IMG/VR virus record: IMGVR_UViG_3300022921_001344
Coordinates: 413-64,412 of that record
Strand: one strand, 5' to 3'
Length of the DNA: 64,000 nt
DNA from: a virus
Lineage: Duplodnaviria > Caudoviricetes
Positions 19,419-29,477 of the stretch are shown here, piece after piece (the stretch's first letter is position 1; the number at the start of each line of letters is the position of its first letter). The translations under genes and the position numbers were made by a program. Below the pieces are notes generated by a model. The model saw only the letters and a list, made by a program, of their open reading frames with translations. It was not told where the DNA came from and did no database searches.

Positions 19419-20525
19419 TTATACTATGTACTTAATATATTTTTTACTAAATGTATCCCTAAGTTCCTTATCAAGATCAGTTCTCACATTAAATTTAATG
19501 TTATAATCTTTCATTATAGTTCTAAATAAGAACACAACCATTTCTGGTTCAAAGTTATCAAAACTAAATCTTATAACATTATTAAGAGACTTAACAAAAT
19601 CTTTATCTAGACCTTTATCCAAATACTTTTCATTTAGCTCGTATGCAATTCCTACAACCAAACTATATTTTGCACTAAGCTCAGAACTAACCTTGTTATC
19701 AAGTTTCTTTGCTTTTCCGTCTAAAATATCGCTTGGATTAGGAAGATGTTTAGCAACTTTTCTGTGTTCTACAAATTTTATTGACATTCCTTCACCTATA
19801 GCACCTGCAATTTCTGCCTTTTGTTCAAAACTTTCAGCAGTATCAAAGCCTGATGCACCAAGCATTTCACTAACAAAGGTCCAACTTCTTGGTGTAGCAA
19901 AAGCCTGCGAACTAGATTTTGGATCAAAATCAAACAAGTCGCCTTTGCTGTAAGTTAAGTAACCTACAACATCAGGGTGTACGTTGTTATTAACAGCCCA
20001 TTGTTGCCAATCATCAAAATTAACATCCATATTAATGTGTCTAAATCTGTTAGCCAATGGGGCAGGCATTCTAAATGTAACACCTCTATCAGTCTCTCTG
20101 TTACCTGCGGCAACTATTCTGACGTTCTCTGGTAGTCTGTATTGCCCTACTCTTCTGTTTAATACTAGTTGATACGCCGCGGCCTGCACACTTGGAGGTG
20201 CTGAATTAAGCTCATCTAAAAATAAAACAACATTATCATACTGACTAGCGAATTCTTCACTAGGAAGATCTGCTGGGGGCGACCACTCCATAGTATTTGT
20301 TTCTGGATTTCTAAAAGGATATCCTCTTAGATCGGTTGGCTCTAATAATGCTAAACGCATATCAATCATTGTAGCATTACCTAAATCACCACTATTAACA
20401 ATAGACTCAACAAGTTCGGATTTTCCAATTCCTGGAGGCCCCCAAACAAATATTGGTCTATTTACTTTAAATGATCTTAACAGAATTGGTTTAACCTGTG
20501 TTGATCTGACTTTTAATGTTTCCAT
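19419..20525 (-). CDS. MoxR-like AAA+ ATPase
   Basis: Walker A GPPGIGKS, Walker B LFLDE, AAGNR, PLANRF, TPRSW. Confidence 0.9.
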   Translation of the reverse strand: METLKVRSTQVKPILLRSFKVNRPIFVWGPPGIGKSELVESIVNSGDLGNATMIDMRLALLEPTDLRGYPFRNPETNTMEWSPPADLPSEEFASQYDNVVLFLDELNSAPPSVQAAAYQLVLNRRVGQYRLPENVRIVAAGNRETDRGVTFRMPAPLANRFRHINMDVNFDDWQQWAVNNNVHPDVVGYLTYSKGDLFDFDPKSSSQAFATPRSWTFVSEMLGASGFDTAESFEQKAEIAGAIGEGMSIKFVEHRKVAKHLPNPSDILDGKAKKLDNKVSSELSAKYSLVVGIAYELNEKYLDKGLDKDFVKSLNNVIRFSFDNFEPEMVVFLFRTIMKDYNIKFNVRTDLDKELRDTFSKKYIKYIV

Positions 20526-20556
20526 AAATTACTCCTTTACCTTAATTTACTATATT

Positions 20557-20584
20557 AGTATACTACAATTAAAGAGTTTGTCAA
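20557..20584 (-). promoter_or_regulatory. Sigma70-type early promoter
   Basis: TTGACA-16 nt-TATACT. Confidence 0.7.
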
Positions 20585-20602
20585 GTCTTTTTTTAGATTT
20601 TT

Positions 20603-21034
20603 TTACATTTTATCTATAAATGTATGAATGTCATTACCGTTAAGTTTATACCATGCGGCATCTTCCTTGCAATATAAAACAAGTTTCTTTTTTGTAAAAT
20701 AATAAGGCCATTCCATTGCATCATCTAAAAATAAATACATTTTAGGAGTAGGATTTATATCATGAGAAAAATCCCAATATTCAAAGTTTCTTTTTAATAT
20801 TTCATTACCTAAAGATGTAAGTCTTAGACCTTGTGGTACTCCATTTTTTAAACGAAAATTACTAAAAATTTTATATCCTAATTTTTCTTTAGGTATATCT
20901 TTAAACTTTTCATAGAATTTGGAGTTTTTTGGTATGTTTGGTATTCTGGATCTATTATGTAGTAGACCTTCAGAAAGAATAGATTGTATAGAATTAATTA
21001 TTTTATATTGTAAAGACTCTTTTTCATTCATCAT
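20603..21034 (-). CDS. Hypothetical protein
   Basis: ORF coupled to the upstream gene; GLRLT..G and PYY motifs. Confidence 0.7.
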   Translation of the reverse strand: MMNEKESLQYKIINSIQSILSEGLLHNRSRIPNIPKNSKFYEKFKDIPKEKLGYKIFSNFRLKNGVPQGLRLTSLGNEILKRNFEYWDFSHDINPTPKMYLFLDDAMEWPYYFTKKKLVLYCKEDAAWYKLNGNDIHTFIDKM

Positions 21035-21320
21035 CTTCCAATACTACTACACCAGAAGTAAGTTTGATAACCTGAAAATCTTCTGTATCAAATAGTTTAT
21101 TCAATCTTTCTGCAAGATTAAAAGCATGACCACTATTGCTGAAAGAAACTTTTTTGTATTTTGGTCCTGGATAAGAAACTAATTTATTAAGAACTCTTAA
21201 ATTTATTGGTTTTTCTTTATAAAATACACTATAGATAGCATCAGCAGATAGAATCTGTTCTGCTTTGTATGTCTGCTTGTTTATAGATTCTAAAAGTATA
21301 TCTGGCTTAGGTCTGCTCAT
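21024..21320 (-). CDS. Hypothetical phage protein
   Basis: AGGAG RBS; late-type promoter motif at 21344-21351. Confidence 0.75.
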   Translation of the reverse strand: MSRPKPDILLESINKQTYKAEQILSADAIYSVFYKEKPINLRVLNKLVSYPGPKYKKVSFSNSGHAFNLAERLNKLFDTEDFQVIKLTSGVVVLEDDE

Positions 21321-21373
21321 ATGTGTAATCTCCTATACACATATATTTATCATTTTTTTATTAAAACAGTTGT

Positions 21374-21823
21374 TTATTTTCCTGGTAATCCTGCTTCAAT
21401 AAAAGCACCAATTGTTTCCATGTCTTTATCACTAAGCATTCCTGCCTGTGCCCACATAGTGCTACTCATTGCACCAACTTGTTCTTTGTTTTTGTATTGT
21501 ACAAGTCTTTGAACAATGTATGCTTTGTCTTTGCCTTGTAAACTTGGGAAAGGTCCCATACCGCCACCGTCTTGTCCGTGACATGCGGCACAACCTGCCC
21601 ATAAACTTCTTATGGAACTAAACTCGTCCAAGTTAGCCAACTCCTTCTTTCTTTGTTCTATTTCAACAACTGTACCGTTAAGAGCCACATATTCTTCGTA
21701 GCATTCTCCTGTACACGACCCCTGACTTGAATATCCTGTATATTCTAAATCTGGGTAAATTTTAAAACCAAAGAACAATGCTATTGCCATTGTTCCTAAT
21801 AATGCCATTCCTAATTCTTTCAT
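21374..21823 (-). CDS. Membrane-anchored class I cytochrome c (c553/c4-like)
   Basis: N-terminal TM segment, haem motif CAACH, P.L.G, distal Met (AMSSTM). Confidence 0.85.
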   Translation of the reverse strand: MKELGMALLGTMAIALFFGFKIYPDLEYTGYSSQGSCTGECYEEYVALNGTVVEIEQRKKELANLDEFSSIRSLWAGCAACHGQDGGGMGPFPSLQGKDKAYIVQRLVQYKNKEQVGAMSSTMWAQAGMLSDKDMETIGAFIEAGLPGK

Positions 21824-22053
21824 TACTTACTTGCTTCTACTAAGGCTTTGTATTCTGTAAAGCCGCCTATCTTCTCGCCGTTTACTATAATTTGTGGGAA
21901 TGTTCTTGCTCCTGGAAAAGTTTCGAATAACTCTTCTCTGCTGAAGTCTTCATCTAACATTTTATATATTAATTCATGTCCTTCTCTTTCTGCTAGACCT
22001 TTTGCTTGTACACAAAATGGACATGCTGGTTTACTGTATATTTCTACTTTCAT
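21823..22053 (-). CDS. grx: Glutaredoxin
   Basis: CPFC, TFPQI, IGGF. Confidence 0.95.
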   Translation of the reverse strand: MKVEIYSKPACPFCVQAKGLAEREGHELIYKMLDEDFSREELFETFPGARTFPQIIVNGEKIGGFTEYKALVEASK

Positions 22054-22268
22054 TATTCGCTTTTAGTTTTAGGTGTGAGATCACACGTTGAGTTAATTTC
22101 CATACCGTTAATTTCCCTATTAAATTCTACTTCCATACCTTTTAATAATTCAGCAGGGGCAGGAGGATTTACAATATGATGTCTTTTAACATACACATTA
22201 TTCTTACCTTCAGATACTACACCGTAATGTTTTCTACTATTCCAAAAATTTAATGTGCCTGTATTCAT
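22053..22268 (-). CDS. Cold-shock-domain-like OB-fold protein
   Basis: Likely start MNTGTLNFWN..KHYGVV...VYV...L..G.EVEF, which mirrors the CspA pattern; a late promoter motif lies just upstream. Confidence 0.6.
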   Translation of the reverse strand: MNTGTLNFWNSRKHYGVVSEGKNNVYVKRHHIVNPPAPAELLKGMEVEFNREINGMEINSTCDLTPKTKSE

Positions 22269-22288
22269 AACTGTATTTATATTTTTAT

Positions 22289-22564
22289 CTAAGGATCTAT
22301 TCTTAATTTGGCATGTATCAAATCCCATTTACTTTCAAATGTTAAAATTAAAGTTTGATCTTTATACCAGTCTTCATTAGAATAGTTCATATTTTTATGT
22401 GGTAAGAAATGCCAACCAAATTTTTTCCTGCAAATCTTTTTTAATTCTCCGATAGCAACACCAGATAAACCATGTTTAGGTGCACAATTCCATTGATATT
22501 TAAATATATGATTGTATCCATAACCTTCTGGTAAAGATAAAGTTTCAGTTAAATTGTCCGCCAT
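22289..22564 (-). CDS. Hypothetical protein
   Basis: ORF within the operon. Confidence 0.65.
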   Translation of the reverse strand: MADNLTETLSLPEGYGYNHIFKYQWNCAPKHGLSGVAIGELKKICRKKFGWHFLPHKNMNYSNEDWYKDQTLILTFESKWDLIHAKLRIDP

Positions 22565-22712
22565 CTAAATTTATTTCTTGAATTTTATTTTCTGCAGTTG
22601 TGTCTATATTATCTAAAATACTTAATAACCAATCAACATTAACATTAAATTCTTTATGCCCTGATTTCTTTAAATTTTTTAAATGAAGAACTAATTCTTG
22701 TAATTCTGTCAT
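22545..22712 (-). CDS. 55-aa hypothetical protein (MTELQELVLH...NLDGGQFN; absent from ORF track)
   Basis: Translated by hand; fills the gap and overlaps both neighbours. Confidence 0.65.
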   Translation of the reverse strand: MTELQELVLHLKNLKKSGHKEFNVNVDWLLSILDNIDTTAENKIQEINLDGGQFN

Positions 22713-23227
22713 TTATTTTTTAATTTATTAAGTTTTTTAACTTCTGTCTTACATTCTATTTCAGTTTTGAAAGGACCTATATATCCATAAGTAGCAAGAG
22801 TAACATACTTAGGACCTTTTGCTCTTTTCCAACCTTTTTCAAAATTAATTCCGTACCAACCAGCGGCATAATAAACATCGCTGTCAGATGTTTTAGTATA
22901 CAATGGAACTCTTTCATCATAATCAGGATGAGATGTATCTAAAGGATATGGATTTTCGTAGTCTATTTGGTACCCTTTTATGAAAAATTCTTCACTTACT
23001 ACAGTAGGCTCATCTACTTGTTCAGTAAATAAATGTACATTGCCAAAATGTTTGACTACAGCAGTTTCGTCTTCAAATTTGACTGATTCTTTTCCAGTAA
23101 TATAAAAAAACTTTTCCTGAATATCTTTATTTAAAATGCCAAGTCTTTTTTCTCCTTGACGTACAAGCCATGCAACATCACTTATTTGTTGTAATTGAGT
23201 TTTACTTTTTCTTTTATTCTTTACCAT
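22709..23227 (-). CDS. Hypothetical phage protein
   Basis: ORF with RBS; YYAAGWY and YIGPFKTE motifs. Confidence 0.75.
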   Translation of the reverse strand: MVKNKRKSKTQLQQISDVAWLVRQGEKRLGILNKDIQEKFFYITGKESVKFEDETAVVKHFGNVHLFTEQVDEPTVVSEEFFIKGYQIDYENPYPLDTSHPDYDERVPLYTKTSDSDVYYAAGWYGINFEKGWKRAKGPKYVTLATYGYIGPFKTEIECKTEVKKLNKLKNK

Positions 23228-23454
23228 GCTTTATTCTCCTTATTTCCGTAATCTTCATCTTTACCTACAATCTTTCCATCAATAGAATATAATTGTTTAT
23301 TTGGTGTGCCTTTAGAATTTTTAAATTCTTCTGGACATACATCTTGTCTCATTTGTCTATATACTTTAATTTGATCTGGACTTGTATATATCCAATGTGG
23401 ATTTGCTGGCCAATCCATTGTTATACGTTTGATAGCTCTATCCAACTTGTCCAT
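23221..23454 (-). CDS. Hypothetical protein
   Basis: ORF overlapping both neighbours. Confidence 0.6.
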   Translation of the reverse strand: MDKLDRAIKRITMDWPANPHWIYTSPDQIKVYRQMRQDVCPEEFKNSKGTPNKQLYSIDGKIVGKDEDYGNKENKAW

Positions 23455-24436
23455 TTAAAAACTCTGCATAGTCACCTGGGTTTTGAGACATTCTTTCTAA
23501 ATTCCACTTAGCACAAAACTTCATAAAATACACACCTACTTGTTGTTTAGGTTCTTGTAGTTTTGCATTTTCAATAATTTGTTTACTTTCTGCTTTTACT
23601 TCATCAGGTTGTTGTGTGAGATCTATAAGAATCTTATTACGTTCAAAGTCATCTCTAACTCTATGTTCTTGTTCTTCATGATCAACCCAACGTTGTAACA
23701 TAAAGTTATTAAAGTTATAACCTCCATTATGTCTATCATCAAATGCTTCAGTAATACCTGTCTTGTTTTTAGTGCCTTTTAGTCTTGCACCAGGATAGGC
23801 ACTAAACACATTATCAGCACTATCTCCTCTTACACACTTCTCAAACAATACCCATTCAGGTACTACTGGTGTTTTCTTTTCGTTTGTCTTTTTATCTATA
23901 ACCCATTCACCTGTTTTTGCATTTTTAAAGCCTTCAAGTGAAACTATTTGATCTGTTGTGCCATTATATTGTATAACATTATCCGCAAGTAATTGATAAA
24001 AGTCACTATCAGTACTAATTATAACATGCTTATCTTCTGGGTGTTCTTGTATCCAAGTAGCAATTAAATCATCTGCTTCTGCATTAGGTTGTTGTATAAC
24101 ACTTACATTAGTACGTTCTTCTAAAAATTTAGTTAAATCATTATATGATTCAAAAAACAATTCGTCATCTTCTTGCTCTTTAACACTTCTTTTGTCCATT
24201 AGAACTTTTCTATTTGCTTTGTAAGGAGGATAAAAGTCTTTACGCCAACTTCTACCTTCTAAACACATAACAACATGATCACCATCAAAGTCGTTCCATA
24301 CTTTCTTAATACTGTTAAACATAATATGCATGGCCATTCCAACACGCATGTCAATATCCTTACCGCCGCCTACATGTTTGGCACGAAAGAACATGTTTAA
24401 ACTATCTACTAATATGTATGTTTTTTTACTCATCAT
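23438..24436 (-). CDS. rnh: T4-type RNase H / 5'-3' flap exonuclease
   Basis: ILVDSLN, SWRK..YP.YKANR, EADDLIA, STDSDFYQL, GDSADNV. Confidence 0.9.
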   Translation of the reverse strand: MMSKKTYILVDSLNMFFRAKHVGGGKDIDMRVGMAMHIMFNSIKKVWNDFDGDHVVMCLEGRSWRKDFYPPYKANRKVLMDKRSVKEQEDDELFFESYNDLTKFLEERTNVSVIQQPNAEADDLIATWIQEHPEDKHVIISTDSDFYQLLADNVIQYNGTTDQIVSLEGFKNAKTGEWVIDKKTNEKKTPVVPEWVLFEKCVRGDSADNVFSAYPGARLKGTKNKTGITEAFDDRHNGGYNFNNFMLQRWVDHEEQEHRVRDDFERNKILIDLTQQPDEVKAESKQIIENAKLQEPKQQVGVYFMKFCAKWNLERMSQNPGDYAEFLNGQVG

Positions 24437-24673
24437 TTATTCCTAAACTATCATTTATTATAGCATCGAAAGGCGATTCTTTCAAGTTCTTTTCTCGAAT
24501 ATTTTCAAAATCTCTAGTAAGATCGTATTTTAAATGTTTACGAAAATTTGCCAATACATACTCTATTTCAGCAGAAGTAAATTCTTCTAACTGTTTTTCA
24601 ACTACGGGTTCTATAGACTTAACTAGGATCGCTAGTTTCGTCTTCGCCTGTGTTTCCAGTTGTTCTGATGACA
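24426..24673 (-). CDS. Hypothetical protein (likely start MSSEQ)
   Basis: AGGAG RBS precedes the ATG at 24673. Confidence 0.6.
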
Positions 24674-25146
24674 TCTGTGGCTCCTGTTTGTTCTTGTAAC
24701 CCATAATCTTGATCTGCAAGTTCCTGTACTAATACGGTTCTGCAAACATCATTAAACCATTTGTTTACTACTGCTTCGTCACTTTCACCCGTATATCCGT
24801 TTTCGTGTAAAAATTTAACAAAGTGATCGTTCCAGTCTAATTCCATATAACCTGCTTTAGCATTTTCTGGATTTACATCTAAATGAAGAACATTTACATA
24901 AGGTAATTCTTTAATATCAGCGATTGCTTTATCATATTCATATTTTCCAATTTTATCATTTTTAAATTGGACATCTAATTTAGCAATTTCTTTATCAACA
25001 TCTGTTTCTGCTTCTAATTGTGCTAAAACTTCTTCTAGTTCTTCACCATCATAGTAATATTCTGCTTCTGCTATTGCTCGAGACTTACCTTTAAGCCCCC
25101 AACTAGCAGGCATCATGCTAAAAGGTAATTTAGTTTTCTTCGCCAT
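24619..25146 (-). CDS. Hypothetical phage protein (likely start MAKKTK)
   Basis: PYVNV..ELDWN..F...L...GY.G..E.VV..WF motif. Confidence 0.7.
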   Translation of the reverse strand: MAKKTKLPFSMMPASWGLKGKSRAIAEAEYYYDGEELEEVLAQLEAETDVDKEIAKLDVQFKNDKIGKYEYDKAIADIKELPYVNVLHLDVNPENAKAGYMELDWNDHFVKFLHENGYTGESDEAVVNKWFNDVCRTVLVQELADQDYGLQEQTGATDVIRTTGNTGEDETSDPS

Positions 25147-25585
25147 CTTCTTTCTCCTCAATAACTTCTGTTATTCTTTTTATAGTACACGGCCATAGTG
25201 CTGTTCTATTTGACCAACTTATAGGCATAATACTATCTCCCTTTCCAATACTGTTAAATCCACCCCACGGTTTAAATTGTAATCCTGTAGCATAAGGCAT
25301 ATCAAAACATCTATTAAAAAATTCTACATCTACTTGTTTTTTCCTGTTAAGTGTAAGTCTTAATGTATCTGTTTCTTCTATCCATTTCCAACTTCTGATA
25401 GAATCAACTCTAACACTTCTAACTTCTAATTCTGCTTTAGTGACCGGTATTCCATGTTCAGTATATCCCATAACTTTATTTTCATCTGCTTTTGTTTCAT
25501 ATGCCACCATTAAAAAGAACATTACAACTGCTGTAATCAAAAGAGGACTCATATTTTTTATAAAATTCCAATCATGTTTATCCAT
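25130..25585 (-). CDS. Exported protein, DUF6491-like
   Basis: N-terminal TM/signal; IRSW...L......C.DM.YA....GDSI....C.I..I pattern. Confidence 0.5.
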   Translation of the reverse strand: MDKHDWNFIKNMSPLLITAVVMFFLMVAYETKADENKVMGYTEHGIPVTKAELEVRSVRVDSIRSWKWIEETDTLRLTLNRKKQVDVEFFNRCFDMPYATGLQFKPWGGFNSIGKGDSIMPISWSNRTALWPCTIKRITEVIEEKEDGEEN

Positions 25586-25805
25586 TATTACAGACTCCTT
25601 CTTTATAAGTTCCTTCCTCTACAATCGTTAAAGTATTTTCTATTACTACACGATACTCAGCATATTTATTTTCACATTCAGCAAATACTTTTTGTTTAAC
25701 TTCTTCTATAGAATTTCCTATAGCATGAGGGTACCAACCCATTTCGTAGGCTCCCCATCCTTTTATAAAAATTTGATATTGTTTACCCTTCATTAAGTCC
25801 CCCAT
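25578..25805 (-). CDS. Hypothetical protein
   Basis: ORF within the operon. Confidence 0.55.
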   Translation of the reverse strand: MGDLMKGKQYQIFIKGWGAYEMGWYPHAIGNSIEEVKQKVFAECENKYAEYRVVIENTLTIVEEGTYKEGVCNNG

Positions 25806-26677
25806 GCATTTCCAAATAAACTAATATGTAATCTAGGACTAAACTTATATCCAGTCTTCATACATATCTCAGCAACATTTTTTTCAGTTAATGTTTGTTG
25901 CTCTAATGTAGCACCCTCAGGCATACAGTAAATAGAATCAAGTTTAACACCTGACTCTTTATAACTATCAACAAACATATCAACTTCATTAAAACATTCC
26001 TCATCTCTAACAACAAACTTTGTATATAGATAACTATTATGAACAGAATTCATTGATAATAATGACTTTGGTATTAGAGCATCATCAGTCTTCTCACCAC
26101 TAATACTTAATTTAGGAGATGTACTCCATGTAACATGTAAATTAGGTTGTGTTAAGTTAAAATATGTTATTAGATCATTTTTAATATCTTGCGTACCATT
26201 TGTTTCAAATGTTACATTTTTTAACCCTACATTCTTACACTTATCTAAAAGTGCTGGCCAAACACGTTGCCACCCTAGTAGCGGTTCACCACCTGTGATC
26301 ACCAAGTGTATGTCTTCACCGTGTTGGCCAGTGAAAGTACCAGTTGGTAGCAATGATGTGATGTGATCAAACACTTCATCTACAGATCGAGTAAACTGTA
26401 AATGTTTATACTTCATTGCCCAACTGGCACTTGAATCACACCCAATGGGTGTGACGGGTAAATCTTCTATGCTTTTATAAGCATCAGGATGGTTTTTATC
26501 TGCTTTAGGATCTAACATATAAGGCATTTGATCAGTTGCAATTAAATTTTCTCTAGGTTGTCCGAACCCAGCACATTCAAAATTACAACCAAATACTCTT
26601 AAGAAGATACTAGGCACACCAACAAATCTGCCTTCTCCTTGTACTGAGTAAAATGCTTCGCTATATCTTAATTTCAT
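25793..26677 (-). CDS. queE: 7-carboxy-7-deazaguanine synthase (radical SAM)
   Basis: EAFYSVQGEG..G.PSIFLR.FGCN, GCDS, ITGGEP, FETNGT, SPKL, SPRLH. Confidence 0.9.
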   Translation of the reverse strand: MKLRYSEAFYSVQGEGRFVGVPSIFLRVFGCNFECAGFGQPRENLIATDQMPYMLDPKADKNHPDAYKSIEDLPVTPIGCDSSASWAMKYKHLQFTRSVDEVFDHITSLLPTGTFTGQHGEDIHLVITGGEPLLGWQRVWPALLDKCKNVGLKNVTFETNGTQDIKNDLITYFNLTQPNLHVTWSTSPKLSISGEKTDDALIPKSLLSMNSVHNSYLYTKFVVRDEECFNEVDMFVDSYKESGVKLDSIYCMPEGATLEQQTLTEKNVAEICMKTGYKFSPRLHISLFGNAWGT

Positions 26678-27170
26678 CTAATTCTACTTGTAATAAATTG
26701 TATAAATCTTCCATTGATATTTGTCCATCTATCATGCTTTCAACAGCATCAAAAACAATGGTATGTAGCTCAGAGTTTTCAAACTGTCTATGTCCGTTAT
26801 GTATATCTTCATAACATTCATATGCTAAATTTAAAAATCCTACATCAAATAATTTATTAAAATCTTCTAAATTATCATTAATGACTTTACCAAATTGAAC
26901 TATTTTTAAAAATAGGTTATCAGTAATGGAAACTGTTTGTATTTGTATGTCCTCATTAGTTCCTATATTTTTACATTTTAACCTGTCTCTAGAAGTAATA
27001 CTATCAAGGTCTGCAATCGCATCTAAACATTCAAATACTTCTTCTTTACTAATTGGATATTTTTTACAAATAACTTCCAACTCGTTACGTTCTACAATAC
27101 AGTCAGTAATTTCCCTAATAGGAACACTAAATTTACCTACAACAAGATACCCGTTTCTATTATTAATCAT
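26661..27170 (-). CDS. Hypothetical protein with DUF433-like N-terminal HTH
   Basis: G..VV....VP...I......I...YP.ISKEEV..CL pattern. Confidence 0.5.
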   Translation of the reverse strand: MINNRNGYLVVGKFSVPIREITDCIVERNELEVICKKYPISKEEVFECLDAIADLDSITSRDRLKCKNIGTNEDIQIQTVSITDNLFLKIVQFGKVINDNLEDFNKLFDVGFLNLAYECYEDIHNGHRQFENSELHTIVFDAVESMIDGQISMEDLYNLLQVELDEIKI

Positions 27171-27171
27171 A

Positions 27172-27858
27172 TTATTTACTTGCGTATTCTTGTTGTAATT
27201 TTATATTATCAAAAAACTCTTTCTTTGTACTTGAATCATCAAAGAAAGAACCTTCTAATACAGTTGTTTGTGTTAAACTACTATGTGCTAACACACCTCT
27301 ATTCTCTACACAACCGTGTGTTGCTTGAATATAAACACCTAAGTTTTTACTACCAGTTGCTTTCATTATTTCTCTAGAGATATCATTAGCAAGTTCTTCT
27401 TGTAATGTACCACGTCTTGCACACCATTGTGCAATTCTTGTATATTTGCTTAAACCAATAAGTGTTTCTCCAGCAATAATACCAATGTATGCTACACCTT
27501 TTACTGGTTGGTGATGATGTGAACACATACTTTGTATTTCACTTCTCACAACCAACATACCTTTATAACCTTCTTCTATATCATTAGGAAATGCTGTGGC
27601 ATTAGGCATACTATTATATCTACCCCACATAAGTTCGTTTATATACATCTTAGCAAGACGTCTTGCTGTACCTTGACTATTAGGATCTGTATGCCTATCA
27701 ATAATAAGTGTGTCTAGCACACCTTCAAAATGAGGAACTAGTTCTTCAATAAGGGCCTGATCGTCTCCCTCTTCCATATATTGTGATACATTATCACTAG
27801 CCCAATATTTACCACCTGCTTGTTTAATCTTTTGTGTGATCTTCTCGCTCGTTTTCAT
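27172..27858 (-). CDS. folE: GTP cyclohydrolase I
   Basis: T..RLAKMY, SMCSHH, IGLSK..R, LQEEL, HGCVENRG. Confidence 0.95.
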   Translation of the reverse strand: MKTSEKITQKIKQAGGKYWASDNVSQYMEEGDDQALIEELVPHFEGVLDTLIIDRHTDPNSQGTARRLAKMYINELMWGRYNSMPNATAFPNDIEEGYKGMLVVRSEIQSMCSHHHQPVKGVAYIGIIAGETLIGLSKYTRIAQWCARRGTLQEELANDISREIMKATGSKNLGVYIQATHGCVENRGVLAHSSLTQTTVLEGSFFDDSSTKKEFFDNIKLQQEYASK

Positions 27859-28057
27859 TCTTCTTTTCCTCGATTTTTATTTTTAATTTTTCTATTTCTT
27901 CTTTTAAAGTTAGTTTTTCTAACTTTAATTTTTTAAGATCAATATCATTTAAATAATGATTATAGTTTCTTTCTATCTTATTGTCAAGTTTTCTATGTAT
28001 TTCTTCTAAATGTTTTAAATGATTCTGTAAACTTTTAACAGTACTCACTTCCACCAT
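27824..28057 (-). CDS. YdcH/DUF465-like coiled-coil protein
   Basis: L...H..LD..I.......LK..KL.LKEEI. Confidence 0.7.
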   Translation of the reverse strand: MVEVSTVKSLQNHLKHLEEIHRKLDNKIERNYNHYLNDIDLKKLKLEKLTLKEEIEKLKIKIEEKKNENEREDHTKD

Positions 28058-28530
28058 TCCTCATACGGAAATACAATCCAAGGGTCATATGAAGGTTCTA
28101 ATTGTCTTCCAACAAAATCAACTCCTCCATATTTACTACCTGTTTTGTTAAATAAAGTAGCACACCTAATATCAGATAGAGATTTTTCTTCTGCAATTAC
28201 TTCAAATATTGCCTTTAATGTTGCACCACTATCGTTTATATCATCTATAACTAATATATTATCGTGATAATGTTTTTGTATAATATGTCTTAATGTTTTA
28301 TCATCCTGAATATTTCCGTCTCTTTGTTGCCATCTTATCCCTTCAAAAGGGACACCAAAATAATGACTTAACATTACACCTGGTATAAACCCGCCTCTAC
28401 CAGGACCTATAATCACTTCAGGCTTAAATCCGTCTACAACCATTTGCTGTATAATACTACTTAAATCTTTTTGTAGTTCTTCAAATGTATAATGTAGTTT
28501 TTCTATCATTTCTTTATACTTTTTTCCCAT
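28045..28530 (-). CDS. Type I phosphoribosyltransferase (xanthine-guanine PRT-like)
   Basis: GRGG..PG, PRPP-binding ILVIDDINDSGATL, WIVFPYE. Confidence 0.9.
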   Translation of the reverse strand: MGKKYKEMIEKLHYTFEELQKDLSSIIQQMVVDGFKPEVIIGPGRGGFIPGVMLSHYFGVPFEGIRWQQRDGNIQDDKTLRHIIQKHYHDNILVIDDINDSGATLKAIFEVIAEEKSLSDIRCATLFNKTGSKYGGVDFVGRQLEPSYDPWIVFPYEEWWK

Positions 28531-29477
28531 TCAAATGCATCTTTGCAAATATCTTCTAATGTATATTGAGCCTCCCAGCCTAATAATTCCCTTGCTTTTG
28601 TAACATCTGCATAAGTGATTGCAGGGTCACCATCTCTTCTTGTACCCATTTCAGTTTTTACTTTTACATCATTTACATTTTCAAAAGTTGAGATTACTTC
28701 TAAAATACTATTGCTATCTCCTCTACCAATATTAAAGGAAGTACTTTTACCACCATCTAATAGATAATTCATAGCAGACAAGTGTGCAGAAGCAATATCA
28801 GAAACATGTGTATAGTCTCTTTGACATGTTCCGTCAGCAGTCTCATAATCGTCACCATTTATGGTAAATACTTCATCATTAAGAACTTTTCTGCTTATAA
28901 TAGGTATAATATGACTAGCAGGATCTTGTACATATCCATGACTACCTTGAGGATCGGCACCTGCGGCATTAAAATACCTCAATGCTGTAAATGTAAAATC
29001 ATGTGCATTAGAATAGTCTCTTAAAATAGTTTCTATCATGGCCTTTGTTCTACCATATGGCGATACAGGATTCATTGATAATTCTTCTGTTGTAGGGAAA
29101 ACTAAAACATCTCCGTATACACTACTTGAACTACTAAAGATAAAATGCTTAACACCTTCTTCTACACAAGCATTTAATAAGTCAATGGTATTTGCAACAT
29201 TATTTTTATAAAAAACTTCCGGTTCAGTTACACTTCTACCAACTTCATGATCTGCCGCTAAATGTATAACAGCATCAGGTTTTGTTAAACTTATAACACC
29301 TTTTAGTTGATTATTGTTTATATCAAAAGGATATTGTGTTACACCTTCTATACTGCATTTAACTCTGTCAATATTAATTACATTATGGCCTGCTTGGACA
29401 AGAAGGCGACAAACCATACCGCCTATAAATCCACTACCGCCAGTAACTAAAATTGTTTTTTGTGTTTCTTTATTCAT
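28506..29477 (-). CDS. galE: UDP-glucose 4-epimerase
   Basis: TGGSGFIG, FSSSSSVYG, YGRTK, LRYFNAAGA, DGTCQRDYTHV, RRDGDP. Confidence 0.92.
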   Translation of the reverse strand: MNKETQKTILVTGGSGFIGGMVCRLLVQAGHNVINIDRVKCSIEGVTQYPFDINNNQLKGVISLTKPDAVIHLAADHEVGRSVTEPEVFYKNNVANTIDLLNACVEEGVKHFIFSSSSSVYGDVLVFPTTEELSMNPVSPYGRTKAMIETILRDYSNAHDFTFTALRYFNAAGADPQGSHGYVQDPASHIIPIISRKVLNDEVFTINGDDYETADGTCQRDYTHVSDIASAHLSAMNYLLDGGKSTSFNIGRGDSNSILEVISTFENVNDVKVKTEMGTRRDGDPAITYADVTKARELLGWEAQYTLEDICKDAFEWEKSIKK

